Counted from the first letter of the stretch, positions 1 through 13,571 are shown. The stretch: 64,000 nt of DNA from an uncultured Planctomycetaceae bacterium (GCA_963813715.1 CAWFAK010000007.1:416001-480000), one strand, 5' to 3'. The notes: generated by a model from the sequence alone, not told the origin. A program made the numbers and translations.

Positions 1-25
1 CACCCGCGTTAGAAAGGCGCCCCAC

Positions 26-1434
26 ATGACTGTCGAGCTTTATCAAAACATGGTCATCGGCAGCGGCGAAGGCGGGAAGATCCTGGCCTGGAATCTCGCG
101 AAGAAGAGCCAAAAGACCATCGTCGTCGAGCGGTCGATGATTGGCGGATCGTGTCCCAACGTGGCCTGCCTGCCGAGCAAGAACGTGATCTATAGCGCAA
201 AGGCGGTTTCGCTGGTCGATCCGCAGCACGGCCTGGGCGTGGTGACCGGCAGCACGACAGTCGATATGGCGGCCGTGGCCCGGCGCAAGCGAAAGATGGT
301 CGAGGGGCTGATCGAAATGCACCTGGCCAACTTCAAGGCCAGCGGCGCCGAGCTCTTGATGGGCGAGGCCCGTTTCACCGAACCAAAAACCTTTGAGGTA
401 AAACTGAACGCGGGCGGCACGCGGCAACTGAAGGGCGAGCGGGTCTTCCTCAATCTGGGCTCGCGGGCGTCTATCCCCAATGTCCCCGGCCTGGCCGACG
501 CCCGGCCGCTGACGCATGTCGAAGCGCTCGACCTCGAACGGCTGCCCGAGCATCTGGTCGTCATCGGCGGCGGATACGTCGGTCTGGAGTTCGCCCAGGC
601 GATGCGTCGCTTTGGTAGCCGCGTCACCGTCGTGCAGCGGGCCAAACAGCTGCTCGATCGGGAAGATGCCGACGTCGCCGACGCGCTGGCCGAGCTGATG
701 CGCGACGAAGGAATCGACGTGCTGCTCGAGGCTGACATGATCGACGTCACCGGCCGCTCGGGTAGCGGCGTGAAGATCCGGCTCGCGCGGGAATCGGGGA
801 GCGAACGCTCGAAGCCAGCGACATCCTCGTGGCGACCGGACGCACAGCCAACACCGACCGCATCGATGTCGACAAAGGCGGCGTGCGGCTCGACGCGCAT
901 GGGTACATTCAAGTCAACGAACGGCTGCAGACGAGCGCTGCCGACGTTTGGGCCATGGGCGACTGCGCCGGCAGTCCCAAGTTCACGCACGTCGGCTTCG
1001 ACGATTTTCGGGTCGTTCTGGACAACCTGAATGGCGGCACTCGCACCACGCGCGACCGTTTGATTCCCTATTGCCTATTCACCGACCCGGAGCTGGCACA
1101 CGTCGGCGCCAGCGAAGCGGAGCTGAAGGCCAAGAACGTGTCGTACCGGATCGCCCGGCTGCCAATGGCGTTTGTGCTGCGGTCGCGGACGCTCTCGCAA
1201 ACGCGCGGGTTCGTCAAAGCGATGATCGGCGCCGACGATCGCATTCTGGGCTTCACGGCCTTTGGTGCCGAGGCGAGCGAGATGATGGCAGTGGTGCAGA
1301 CCGCCATGCTGGGAAAGATGCCCTACACGGCGCTACGCGACGCGATCTTCACGCATCCCACGATGGCCGAGGGGCTGAACTCGCTCTTTTCCAGTCCTCT
1401 CCAAGATCCAGTCAAAGATTCGATCGCAAAATAA
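26..1434 (+). CDS. FAD-dependent pyridine nucleotide-disulfide oxidoreductase (mercuric reductase/RclA-like), one frameshift near 800-830
   Basis: GSGEGG FAD motif, GGSCPNVACLPSK redox-active CxxxxC, GGGYVGLEFA NAD(P)H motif; C-terminal dimerisation domain (FTHPTMAE) continues in ORF 829..1434. Confidence 0.9.
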
Positions 1435-1507
1435 CGGCCACGGTCGCGCTGCCGCGGCCAGCTTGGCAGATTGTGGGTTTTGATCCCTTTTCAGCAGGAG
1501 ACGCGAG

Positions 1508-1939
1508 ATGAAGATCAAGAGAAAAGGTTCGGCGGCGTGGCAAGGCGGCATCAAGGACGGCAAAGGCTCGATCTCGACGGAGAGCGGCGCGCTCAACGCC
1601 TATCCCTACGGCTTTGCCAGCCGCTTCGAAGGTCAGAAGGGAAGTAACCCCGAAGAGCTGATCGCAGCCGCCCACGCCAGCTGCTTTACCATGGCCCTCT
1701 CGAAGATTCTCGGCGAAGCCAACTTGACGGCCGAGCGGATGGAGACCTCGGCGGAAGTGACGCTCGAGCAAGTTGACGGCGGCTGGGCGGTGACTTCGTC
1801 GCACCTCACGCTCAAGGCGAAAGTGCCCGGCGCCGACGAGGCGACCTTTCAGAGTCTCGCCGCCAAGGCGAAGGCCGGCTGCCCGATCTCCAAGCTGCTG
1901 AAGGCCGAGATCTCCCTCGACGCGAGCCTAACCAACTGA
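1508..1939 (+). CDS. osmC: OsmC family peroxiredoxin
   Basis: NPEELIAAAHASCF and AKAGCPISK motifs, 143 aa, AGGAG RBS. Confidence 0.95.
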   Translation: MKIKRKGSAAWQGGIKDGKGSISTESGALNAYPYGFASRFEGQKGSNPEELIAAAHASCFTMALSKILGEANLTAERMETSAEVTLEQVDGGWAVTSSHLTLKAKVPGADEATFQSLAAKAKAGCPISKLLKAEISLDASLTN

Positions 1940-2010
1940 CTGCGCTGGCGTGCTCGTAGCGGCAGGCCGCCCTGCCCCTGCGAGCCAAACGCCGGGAGGC
2001 AATCGCTCGC

Positions 2011-2415
2011 TCAAATGCCGCTCGGCGAGCTCGACGTCGGGGCACGCTGCACGAAAATCCCAGCGAACGCCGAGCGCACTCCCCAATAGACCAGGAGCCA
2101 CAGCACGGCCGTGATGATCGCGATGGGCAACCCCTGCGGCTCCATCAGAATGTGGAAGAGCAGGATGTTGACGAGGACCGGCCCCAACAGCGTGAGCGCC
2201 AGCGGCACATAGCGGTTGACCAAAAGCAACACGCCGCCCACGAGCTCAAGCACGGCGATGGCATAGACGTACTTCGACACAAACATCGCCCCCAGGAACT
2301 GCCCGGCCACGCCTTCGGGCAGCGTCATCGGGATGAAGTGCAAAAAGCCGTTCAGGCCGAACACGGTGAACTCCAGCCCCATCAGCAAGCGGGCGATCAG
2401 TCTCACGATCTTCAT
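2011..2415 (-). CDS. DoxX-like membrane protein
   Basis: MKIVRLIARLLMGL..FGLNGF..ELVGGVLLL, ~4 TM segments; ATG at 2415 preceded by GGAGG. Confidence 0.75.
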   Translation of the reverse strand: MKIVRLIARLLMGLEFTVFGLNGFLHFIPMTLPEGVAGQFLGAMFVSKYVYAIAVLELVGGVLLLVNRYVPLALTLLGPVLVNILLFHILMEPQGLPIAIITAVLWLLVYWGVRSAFAGIFVQRAPTSSSPSGI

Positions 2416-2639
2416 CGTCGAGGTGCCTCCGCGAAAGATTGAACAGTCGGGCAGGCCGGCGATCGCGCTCGAACGAACGGCGTCGAGCTCCCCTCGGATC
2501 GGCCGACGGTGCCGCAACTATTCTAAGTGTTGGGGGCGGGCACGGCGCGGCGACCCGGCCCGTCCTGGGGTGACGGGCCAGATCGACCGCGAATCGCTTT
2601 GGGCTTAATCCAGCCCCAACTTAAGCCTGCCGGGTTTTC

Positions 2640-3566
2640 TCAAGCCGGACGCGGTTGGGCACCCGCCAGTACGCTGCCATGCACGAGCGCATCGTGAAAG
2701 GCCAAGGCCGAGGCTTGGTCGCCATTGGCGAATTCGGCCCGATACTCCTCGCCATCGCCGATGGGCGCGGCGGCCTGCCAGTCCGCCCGACTCGTGGTTT
2801 CAATCAGCCGATCGACGTCGGCCGCGTTGGCCGGTTCGTCTCCCTCTTTCCGGGCGATCGTCTCCAGGCTGACGCCGGACAGCAGCCGATCCCAGACCTT
2901 CCGGCACGTGGACGGCTTGTCGAAGAGATCGCAGCCGACGACCCGCTTGCCGATGACGACGGCCAGCCCGGCGGCTCCTTCGACATATTTGAGGTGTTCC
3001 CGAAACTCGTCCAATGCTTGCTTGTGGACCTCGAACGCGGCCGACATCGCGTCCGTCGGGGACGCGGATTCGCAATACATATTCATCGCGCTCACGCCGG
3101 CCCAAACCTCGCCCTGATCCGAGTAATGGGAGTCATCGGCTTTGAGCGACCGCGTCACCGAACTTTTCACCGCGTAGCGCACGCTGGACGGCGAATGCGA
3201 GCCGCTCAGCGCGAACATCGGCGAATGGTAGCGCCAACGACCCCGTTCGACGCAACTGACCGGAATCTTCGTTTTGCTTTTGGCGGGAACCAGGATCGAC
3301 GTGTTCAGAATCCGGTTCTGTTTCGCGCCGACCAGTTCTTCCCCCTCGATGAACAGCACCCGCATGTCGCCCTTGTTCTCCACCATCAACTCGGGCACCG
3401 AACCTCCTTCCGAAATCTCGTGGACGGTGATCAGCTGATCGCGCAGCGCCTCGTCGGCGAGCGCATACTCCACCGCCGACTTCGTCTGCGTGAACAACGG
3501 AAACACGGACAAGGCTTTGTAACGCAGCGGCTCGCCCACTCGAATCTGCGGAAAAGCAACAGCCAT
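2640..3566 (-). CDS. ARPP-1 (DUF6569)-family protein
   Basis: Motifs GEELVGAKQNRILN and IPVSCVERGRW, SDQGEVW; GAGGAGG RBS. Confidence 0.75.
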   Translation of the reverse strand: MAVAFPQIRVGEPLRYKALSVFPLFTQTKSAVEYALADEALRDQLITVHEISEGGSVPELMVENKGDMRVLFIEGEELVGAKQNRILNTSILVPAKSKTKIPVSCVERGRWRYHSPMFALSGSHSPSSVRYAVKSSVTRSLKADDSHYSDQGEVWAGVSAMNMYCESASPTDAMSAAFEVHKQALDEFREHLKYVEGAAGLAVVIGKRVVGCDLFDKPSTCRKVWDRLLSGVSLETIARKEGDEPANAADVDRLIETTSRADWQAAAPIGDGEEYRAEFANGDQASALAFHDALVHGSVLAGAQPRPA

Positions 3567-3923
3567 GTCAGAACCTCCTCGAAATAGGGTCGATCACCAA
3601 GAAGGACGCACCCGATCTCCACGCGGTTCGCGAACGTCAATTCTTCGCCTGGGTCGGCGAGAAGTCGAGAACCGCCCGGATCGCGCTCGTGCATCGCTCG
3701 TTAGCGAACAACCGGTTCGAATTCCCGTCACCTCGACGGGGTGCGGAGTGTAACGGAGATTTTGGCCAACTCCGCAAACGGCACGCTGCAAATGAGTTAG
3801 TCGCGGCGTGGGCGGTCGCTCGTCCGCAACTTCGTCGGCTGCTCGATCGAAGCGGGGGCAGTGCGACGGCGCGGGCGACCCGTTCGTCCGCGGATCGGGC
3901 CAGACTGATGGGAGGGAACACCT

Positions 3924-5015
3924 CTACGACTTGGGCGGAGCCGCCGGTGGGGGTCCTTCGTGCGTCCCCTTCCGATCGATGATTAGCTTGGCCCGTTTGG
4001 GCCAGTCGGGTTTGAAGGCCCAATGAGCCTGAAATCGCTGCCGAGCGACCATGTTGAGGGCCAGCACCTCCGGTGCGTAGTTCTCGATTGGAATCTTTGC
4101 GGGGTCGGCGCCATTGAGCACGCGGGCCGCGAGCAGGCCGCCCGCGTGGCCCACCTCGAAGTAGTCAGCCCCGAGCGACAGCAGAGCTCCCTTCTTGACG
4201 TCGCTGGGGTTGTTGCTGACAACGGGGACGCCCGCCTCCGCTGCCGTGCGAATCAGCGTCTCGATCGCCGGGGCCACAGTCGCGTCGCCCCCCGCCCAAA
4301 TCGCCTGCACTTCGCGGGCGAGCAGCGCCTTGACGGCGTCGAGCACGGCGGAGGACGAATCGATCGTCATCTCGACCAGCTCAATGTTGAGTTGCTTGCA
4401 GACCTCGCGGGCCATCATCGTCGAGGCCTCGGAATTCGACTCGGCCGGATTCCAGACGACGCCGACTTTCGCCAGCTTCGGGTTGGCCTCGCGGGCCAGT
4501 TGAAACACGCCGGCCACAGGCTGCAGCGTCCCCTGCCCCGTCATGTAGGGAGGATGCTGCGCGGGGTTGTCGCGGCTGATGCCGACGCTGGCCCCCCAGG
4601 GATCGGTCGATAGTGTGAAAACGTGCGTCCGGTGCACGTCGACATTCACACCGGCCACCGCTTGCAGCACGGGAGTCGACAGCGTGAGCACGGCGTCGTA
4701 ATCGCCATTGAGCACTTCCTTGGCGATCATGATGGCCGTGGACCGGTCGCCGTCGGCAATATAGCGAGTGAGCGAGAGTTTTTGGCCGTCGGCAAAACCG
4801 CCGTCCTTGAGCCCGGCGATCATGCCCGCTTCCCCCTCCTCCAGCACGGGCACCGTGACGTAGTTGATCAGGGCCACTCTTTTCGGATCGTTCGGCGAAC
4901 GCCGTTCGTGATGCCACCGCGAATCGGAAAAGAGCAGCACGGCCGACGCAGCCGCGATCAGGCCGATGCCCGGTCCGAAATGCCGGATCAGCTGACCGCC
5001 GATAGACCTATGCAC
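3924..5015 (-). CDS. ABC transporter substrate-binding protein (ABC_sub_bind / aromatic amino acid-type)
   Basis: N-terminal hydrophobic anchor, VGVVWNPAESNS, GALLSLGADYFEVG..ARVLNGADPAKIPI. Confidence 0.85.
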   Translation of the reverse strand: MHRSIGGQLIRHFGPGIGLIAAASAVLLFSDSRWHHERRSPNDPKRVALINYVTVPVLEEGEAGMIAGLKDGGFADGQKLSLTRYIADGDRSTAIMIAKEVLNGDYDAVLTLSTPVLQAVAGVNVDVHRTHVFTLSTDPWGASVGISRDNPAQHPPYMTGQGTLQPVAGVFQLAREANPKLAKVGVVWNPAESNSEASTMMAREVCKQLNIELVEMTIDSSSAVLDAVKALLAREVQAIWAGGDATVAPAIETLIRTAAEAGVPVVSNNPSDVKKGALLSLGADYFEVGHAGGLLAARVLNGADPAKIPIENYAPEVLALNMVARQRFQAHWAFKPDWPKRAKLIIDRKGTHEGPPPAAPPKS

Positions 5016-5060
5016 GGGTCGAGTCCTGTTTCTTGCAGGCGAGACGGTCGAACGAATCTT

Positions 5061-5873
5061 TCAGACATACTGTGCGCGGAGCATTTCGGCGGCGGACTCG
5101 TCCAGTTGGTTGGCCCGCCGCAATTCTTCGAAGCGCGACAACAAATCCTCGGGGCGTAGCCGGCGTTTCGCCTGCCCGGAGATGTCGAATGCGATTTGCC
5201 CGCGATCCATCATGATCAGCCGATCGCCCAGGAAGGCAGCCTGCTGCATCGAATGCGTGACCATCAGCGTCGTCAGCCGGTCGCGATTGACCAGCTCCTG
5301 CGTCAGGCGAATCACCTGGTCGGCACTTTTGGGATCGAGGGCCGCCGTGTGCTCGTCGAGCAGCAGCAACGACGGCTTCAGCAGTCCCGCCATCAACAGC
5401 GTGAGCGACTGCCGCTGGCCGCCGGAGAGCGTGCCGATCGGATTATTGAGCCGATCTTCGAGGTTGAGGCCCATGCTGGCCACGCGACCGCGGAGGGTGC
5501 CGCGATGGTGGGGGGTGAGGGCCCAGCCGAGCCCGCGCCGCTGGCCGCGCCGCATGGCCAGCGCCAGATTTTCGGCGATGGTCATCGACGGAGCGGTGCC
5601 GCTGAACGGATCCTGGAAGACGCGGCCGATCAGCTTGGCCCGGCGATGTTCGGGCCAGCGCGTGATTTCGATGCCGTCGAGCTCGATGCGGCCCGAATCA
5701 GGCAGGAAGGCGCCGGCAATGGCGTTCAAGAGCGTCGACTTGCCTGAGCCGTTGGTGCCGATCACGCACACGAAGGACCCCCGCTCGAGCGACAGGCTCA
5801 CGCCGCGGAGGGCGCGGACCTCGTTGGGCGTGCCCGGATGAAACGTCTTGCGAACGTCGGAGATCTCAAGCAT
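5061..5873 (-). CDS. ABC transporter ATP-binding protein
   Basis: Walker A GTNGSGKST, LSGGQRQ, LLLLDEHTAALDP; start MLEISDVRK. Confidence 0.95.
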   Translation of the reverse strand: MLEISDVRKTFHPGTPNEVRALRGVSLSLERGSFVCVIGTNGSGKSTLLNAIAGAFLPDSGRIELDGIEITRWPEHRRAKLIGRVFQDPFSGTAPSMTIAENLALAMRRGQRRGLGWALTPHHRGTLRGRVASMGLNLEDRLNNPIGTLSGGQRQSLTLLMAGLLKPSLLLLDEHTAALDPKSADQVIRLTQELVNRDRLTTLMVTHSMQQAAFLGDRLIMMDRGQIAFDISGQAKRRLRPEDLLSRFEELRRANQLDESAAEMLRAQYV

Positions 5874-6804
5874 GCCGCTCTCTCCGCACCAGTCGCGAGC
5901 CGCGCGTGACCCAGCGCGGCAGCACGAGGGCCGCGAAGACAAAGGCCGCGGTGATCAGCTTGAGGTCGTTCGGATTGAGCCCCCAGCGCAGAGCGAGTGC
6001 CACCAAGAGGCGAAACAGCACCGAGCCCATCACGGCCCCCGTGATTAGAAAGCCGATTTTTCGCGTGCCCACCATCGATTCACCCAGAATCACGCTGGCC
6101 ACGCCCCACACCAGCATGCCGATGCCCATCTGCACGTCGGCGAATCCCTGGTACTGAGCCAGCAAAGCGCCGGCCAGGCCGATCAGAAAGTTGCTGAGGA
6201 ACAGCGCGACGATCATCATCCACTCGACGTTCACACCCAGGGCGCGGATCATGCGGCTGTTGTCGCCGATGGCCTGCATCGCCAGGCCGACGTTCGTGCG
6301 GAAGAACGCAAACAGCACCAGCCCGAAGCCAACCGCCAGCAGCGTCACCAAGAGCAGGCCGCACACGTCGCGGGGGGCGGCCTCCCAACCGCCGAAGTGC
6401 AACACCGTGCGACTGCCGAAGAGAATTTCGTTCAGGCGATCGGTCCAGCGCATGAGCGTGTGTGGCGAATCGAGGGGAATATTGCTCTTGCCCATCACGC
6501 GGAGGTTGACCGAGTAGAGCGCCGTCATCACCAAAATTCCCGCCAGCAGGCGGTTGATCCCAAAACGCGTGTGCAGCGTGGCAGTCACGGCACCTGCCGT
6601 CGCACCGGCGAGGGCGCCGCAGAGCGTGGCCAAGAGCGGGTGGGCTCCGCTCGCAATCAGCATCGCGGCCGTCGCGCCGCCCAATGTGAACGAGCCGTCG
6701 ACGGTCAGATCGTCGAACGCCACGACGCGAAAGCTGATCAGAATGCCGAAGGCCAAGAGCGAGAGAATCAGCCCGATCGTCAACGATCCGATGAGCAGCG
6801 TCAT
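5866..6804 (-). CDS. ABC transporter permease
   Basis: DLTVDGSFTLG, LLAGIL..ALYSVNLRVMG, QYQGFADVQMGIG; overlaps ATPase start. Confidence 0.9.
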   Translation of the reverse strand: MTLLIGSLTIGLILSLLAFGILISFRVVAFDDLTVDGSFTLGGATAAMLIASGAHPLLATLCGALAGATAGAVTATLHTRFGINRLLAGILVMTALYSVNLRVMGKSNIPLDSPHTLMRWTDRLNEILFGSRTVLHFGGWEAAPRDVCGLLLVTLLAVGFGLVLFAFFRTNVGLAMQAIGDNSRMIRALGVNVEWMMIVALFLSNFLIGLAGALLAQYQGFADVQMGIGMLVWGVASVILGESMVGTRKIGFLITGAVMGSVLFRLLVALALRWGLNPNDLKLITAAFVFAALVLPRWVTRGSRLVRRERHA

Positions 6805-8145
6805 GCCCGCTCCTCCATGAGCACGGGCTTGCCGATCGGGCCGAGCCAGCACGCCCCACCGAAAAGTTCCGACTCGCCCAGCCCCGTGATCGGGCGATCG
6901 TCCCGCAACAGGTGCAGCACATCTTCGATCGAGCCGGAGTCGAACAGCTCGTTCACCGAAGGCGCGAGCGGCAACACCCGCTTTTTGAGCGGCCGATAGG
7001 GGAAGACCGCCGCGTGAAAGTGTCCGTGCAGCGAGCCGCCAGCGTCCATCGGCCGCAACAGAGACGACAGCGGCGAATCGTCGAGCGGCCCCAGCGCCGC
7101 GATGCCGACGATCAGCACCAGGTTGTGCCGATGAATTTGCTCGGCACTAAATGACAGCCACTGTCGCAGGCCGGGCAAGCTGAAGCGATCGCTGCCATCC
7201 TGCGGTAAGCCAGCCGGTGACTGTCGCAACTGGGCGCCGACCAGCCCGGCACAGTCGGCCAGAATCACGAATCCCGCGAGACGAGCGTTCGTCTGCCGCA
7301 GCCCGCTGGAAATGATTTTCGACGAGGCCGAACTGCCGGTCGGTCTCCTTGGGACTGAATCGGATCAGCACGGGGAATTCGCCCTCGCATTGCGCGCCGT
7401 AGACGACCTCGGCGGCCGGCACGAAGTCCCCCGCCGCCAGCAGGTAGTCGGGCAGACCGTGGCTTTTGTGGGCCGACTGCGCGACGGCCCCGGCCACCGC
7501 CAGGAATTCGCCATAGCGGTTCTCCGCGGCATCGGCGACGGCACCGTCGGCCTTTCGCGTCGCGGCCGTCGCTTGTGTCGCCACTAGATGGCCCGCACCG
7601 CCGAGCGACCCGAGCCCAAAGCCAAACGTGTTGCGACCGAACGAAACACTGCGCGCTCGCGGGCGAGAGCCGTTCGAGTCGAACAGTGACTCCGCGTTGC
7701 CGAAGACGCGGCAAGCCAGCGGCTCGGAGTCGCCGAGGGCGTAGATCGTCAGCTCGAGGCCGTCTTCCTCCACGAATCGCGTCGCCGCCGACAGGGCCAA
7801 CACGGTGCCGCTCATGCCCGGGCCGGAGCGCCGCTTTTTGCGGATCGCAGCGAAGCGTGTCCAACAGCCGCGTCAGCCGCAGGATCTGCTCGACGTGCGG
7901 GCTGGCATTGTGAATCCCGAAGAAACCGGACAGCCGATCCATCCGCTTTTTGGCGTCGACGAGGGCCGCGATCCCGGAGGAGCTGAGATACGTCACCCCG
8001 TTCAAGTCGACCAGGATGCGGTGCCAACCCTCCCGTGCGCGGCGGCCTCGATTTCTTCGCGAAAGTAAACCGACGAGTCGTTGTCGAGCCGTCCCTCAAC
8101 CGTCAGCTCCAACAAGTCTCCCTGCGAACTCTTCTCGATCTGCAT
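6801..8145 (-). CDS. STAS (anti-sigma antagonist) domain protein with long uncharacterised C-terminal region; several frameshifts
   Basis: Read from ATG 8145: MQIEKSSQGDLLELTVEGRLDNDS..ILVDLNGVTYLSSSGIAALV..VEQILRLTRL; continues through ORFs 7147..7815 and 6801..7268; ATGA overlap with permease. Confidence 0.7.
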
Positions 8146-8543
8146 CCCACCTCTTTCACCATCTGGCCGACCACGACCCGACCCGCCCGCGCATAGCCGG
8201 ACCGTTTGAGAAATTCAATTTTAAAGGGAAACGAGTGGGACGCTACTTGGAGGGGATGGCCGCGCTCGCGATTTCACATTTCCCGCGCCGCGGGATCGGG
8301 CTGGAGTTCGGCCCGAATTGCCGGGGCCGCGATTCGGGCCCCGTGCGGAAAAGGCCGGGAACATGGCGAGACGGCTCACCCCTTCGATACAATCCAGGCC
8401 GCTGAGCCGGGCCATCCGGCCAGGCGTTGATGCTGGTTTTGACAACTAGGGAACGCAATTCACATGGAGCGCGACTGACACCCGAATTCGATACCGAATT
8501 CAGCATTCGATTCCGAATTCACCTGACAAATGGGGAACGAAGC

Positions 8544-8885
8544 ATGAAGTCCGCACTGTTTGCCGCCTGCCTCACTGGCGTGACATTGTTGAGTGCCGCC
8601 CAAACGCGTGCCCAGGGAATCGCCATCGGCGTTCCCGTCTATCCCGCGCCCGTATACGCGGCTCCGGTTTACGGAGCGCCGGTTTACCCGACGACTGCCT
8701 ACACAACCGCTTATGCGATGCCTGGGTACGCCTACACGGCCGCGCCGGCCTACTACGCCGCTCCCACCGCCGTCTACGCGGCCCCGGCTCCGTACGCAGT
8801 CGCTCCGTCGGTCGTGGTCGGCGGACCCGCCCTGGTTTACGGCCACTGGGGTCGTCACCACGCGCACCTGTATTACCGCTGGTAG
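8544..8885 (+). CDS. Small secreted Ala/Pro/Tyr-rich low-complexity protein
   Basis: Signal peptide MKSALFAACLTGVTLLSAAQTRAQ, PVY/YAAP repeats, basic aromatic tail HWGRHHAHLYYRW. Confidence 0.75.
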   Translation: MKSALFAACLTGVTLLSAAQTRAQGIAIGVPVYPAPVYAAPVYGAPVYPTTAYTTAYAMPGYAYTAAPAYYAAPTAVYAAPAPYAVAPSVVVGGPALVYGHWGRHHAHLYYRW

Positions 8886-8960
8886 ATCGTCTTACTCGAT
8901 CTAAATCGAGCGGCTCGGCCACAATCGTGACGACAGCGCTTGTCGTCACGCGGCGGCCGG

Positions 8961-10861
8961 TCAGTCGGACGTGCGCTGTTCGAGGGTTTCCCAGCGCTCG
9001 TAAGCGGTTCGCAACTCCGTTTCGAGCGACTCGAGCCGCGCGGTGACTTTGGCGATTTCGGCCCCGCCTTGGCGGAAGAAGGCGGGCTCAGCCATTCTTT
9101 GGTGCAGCTGCGTCTGCTCGGCTTCGAGCGTTTCGATCCGTCTGGGCAATTCTTCGAGCTCGCGCTGCTCCTTATAGCTCAGCTTGCGCGAGGACTTCGC
9201 CTGCGGACGTTCGCGCTCGGGCTTGGGACGCTCGGCGGCCGCGGGCGCCGGCTCGGCCACTTTTTGCCGCAGCCAGTCGTCGTACCCGCCGACAAATTCT
9301 TTGACGCGTCCCTCGCCTTCGAACACGACCGTGCTAGTCACAACGTTGTTCAAAAAAGCCCGGTCGTGGCTCACAAGTAACAGCGTCCCCGGGAAGTCGA
9401 CCAGCAATTCCTCCAGCAGCTCGAGCGTTTCCGTGTCGAGGTCGTTCGTGGGCTCATCGAGCACCAGCAGGTTGGCCGACCGCGTGAACATCCGCGCAAG
9501 CAGCAGCCGGTTCCGCTCGCCGCCGGAAAGGTAGCGGACCAGGCTGCGGGCCCGGTCGCTGGAGAAGAGGAAGTCGCGGAGATAACCGAGGACGTGGCGG
9601 GATTTGCCGTTGAAGAACACCATCTCTTTGCCGTCGGCGACGTTGTCGACGGCTGACTTTTCCTCGTCGAGTTGGGCCCGCAGTTGATCGAAGTAGGCGA
9701 TCTGCACGTTGGTCCCCCGCCGCACCGTGCCCCGCGCCGGCGACAGCTCGCCGAGTAAGATCCGCAGCAGCGTCGTCTTGCCCGAGCCGTTGGGACCGAG
9801 GATGCCGATCTTGTCGCCGCGGGAAATCGTGACCGAGACGTCGTCGAGGACGGCGCGTCCGCCGAAGGCGTGGCTGATTCCCTCGGCCGCGATCACCAGG
9901 TTCCCGGATCGCTCGATTTCCTGGGCCTGCAGCCGGACATTTCCCACACGCGCGCGGCGATCCCGGCGTTCCTCCCGCATCCGCTCGAGGGCCCGCACGC
10001 GTCCCTCGTTCCGCGTCCGCCGCGCCTTGACCCCTTGCCGAATCCAGACCTCTTCCTCCGCCAGCTTCTTGTCGAAAAGTGCGTCCTGCTGGGCCTCGCC
10101 CGCCAATAGCGACTCCTTGCGGACCAAGAAGGTCGCGTAGTCGCAAGTCCAGTCGAACAACCGAGCCCGCTCGACTTCGACGATTCGCGTGGCAATCCGT
10201 TGCAGAAAGACGCGATCGTGGGTGACGAAGACCAGCGTCGGCGCCTCGCGCAGCAGAAAATCTTCGATCCAGCGGATCGAGTCGAGGTCGAGATGGTTGG
10301 TCGGCTCGTCCAGCAGCAACAGGTCGGGTTCAGAGACCAGGGCCTGCGCGAGCAGTACGCGGCGCTTCATTCCGGACGAAAGCGTGTCGAACATCAGCGA
10401 CGGGTCGAGGCCCATCCGCGACAGCACCTCGTCGATCCGTCGCTGGATTTGCCAGCCGGACTCGGTATCGAGCTCGAGACCGTTGAGCTGGGCGTTTGCG
10501 TGCGGAGCAATCTCGTGCGAAGCGGGTGCGGCGGAATGCGATCGCTGCGATGCCTTCAGCATGTGGGCCACCAGCAGGCCCTGCTCGCCGAAACCGAGGG
10601 CCACCTCTTCCAGCACCGTGTGGTTGGAGCCCGCCGGGACTTCCTGTGCCAGCTGGGCGACGCGGAGGGCCGGCGCCGCTCGATCGTGCCGTCGTCGGGC
10701 TGGATTACTCCCTGCAACAGCTTGAGCAGGGTCGACTTGCCCGCCCCGTTGCGGCCCATCAGGCCAATCCGTTCGCCCGGCCGAATCTCCAGGCTCACGT
10801 CCTCGAGCAGGTTCGCGCCACCGTAACTAAACGTGACGTTTCGCAGTCGCAGCAGCGCCAT
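8961..10861 (-). CDS. uup: ABC-F family ATPase (Uup-like), frameshift near 10670
   Basis: Two ABC domains ([32 protein letters not shown]), [20 protein letters not shown] linker, [11 protein letters not shown]-terminal coiled coil. Confidence 0.9.
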
Positions 10862-11175
10862 ACCGGTGGACAGGCCTCTCCAGAGACGATCGCCAAAACC
10901 CACGGCCAAGTCGGCAACAAGTTGGGAGATTGTAGACCGGCGCTCGCGCCGCGGCGAGTTACCGCCGGATTCGCCGAAACTGTCGTGCTCTCCCTGCTGT
11001 GGTCGAACTCGTGCCTAATCGAACCGGGCCGGGTCCGAATTCTCGCCCAAAAGTTCTCGCCCGGTCAGAATTCGACCGTCACGCGGGAGCCACTCCGCTG
11101 CAGTCCCGCTTGCGTCGCCCGCGCCAGATCGAAAAGATGGTGCAGACCAAACCCGCGACTCACGAAACCCCGCGC

Positions 11176-13571
<2,396 letters not shown>

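Noticed and set aside
3660..3800. Complete tRNA gene
   Set aside because: No D-arm or anticodon arm upstream of the T-arm-like segment and no CCA; kept only as a fragment
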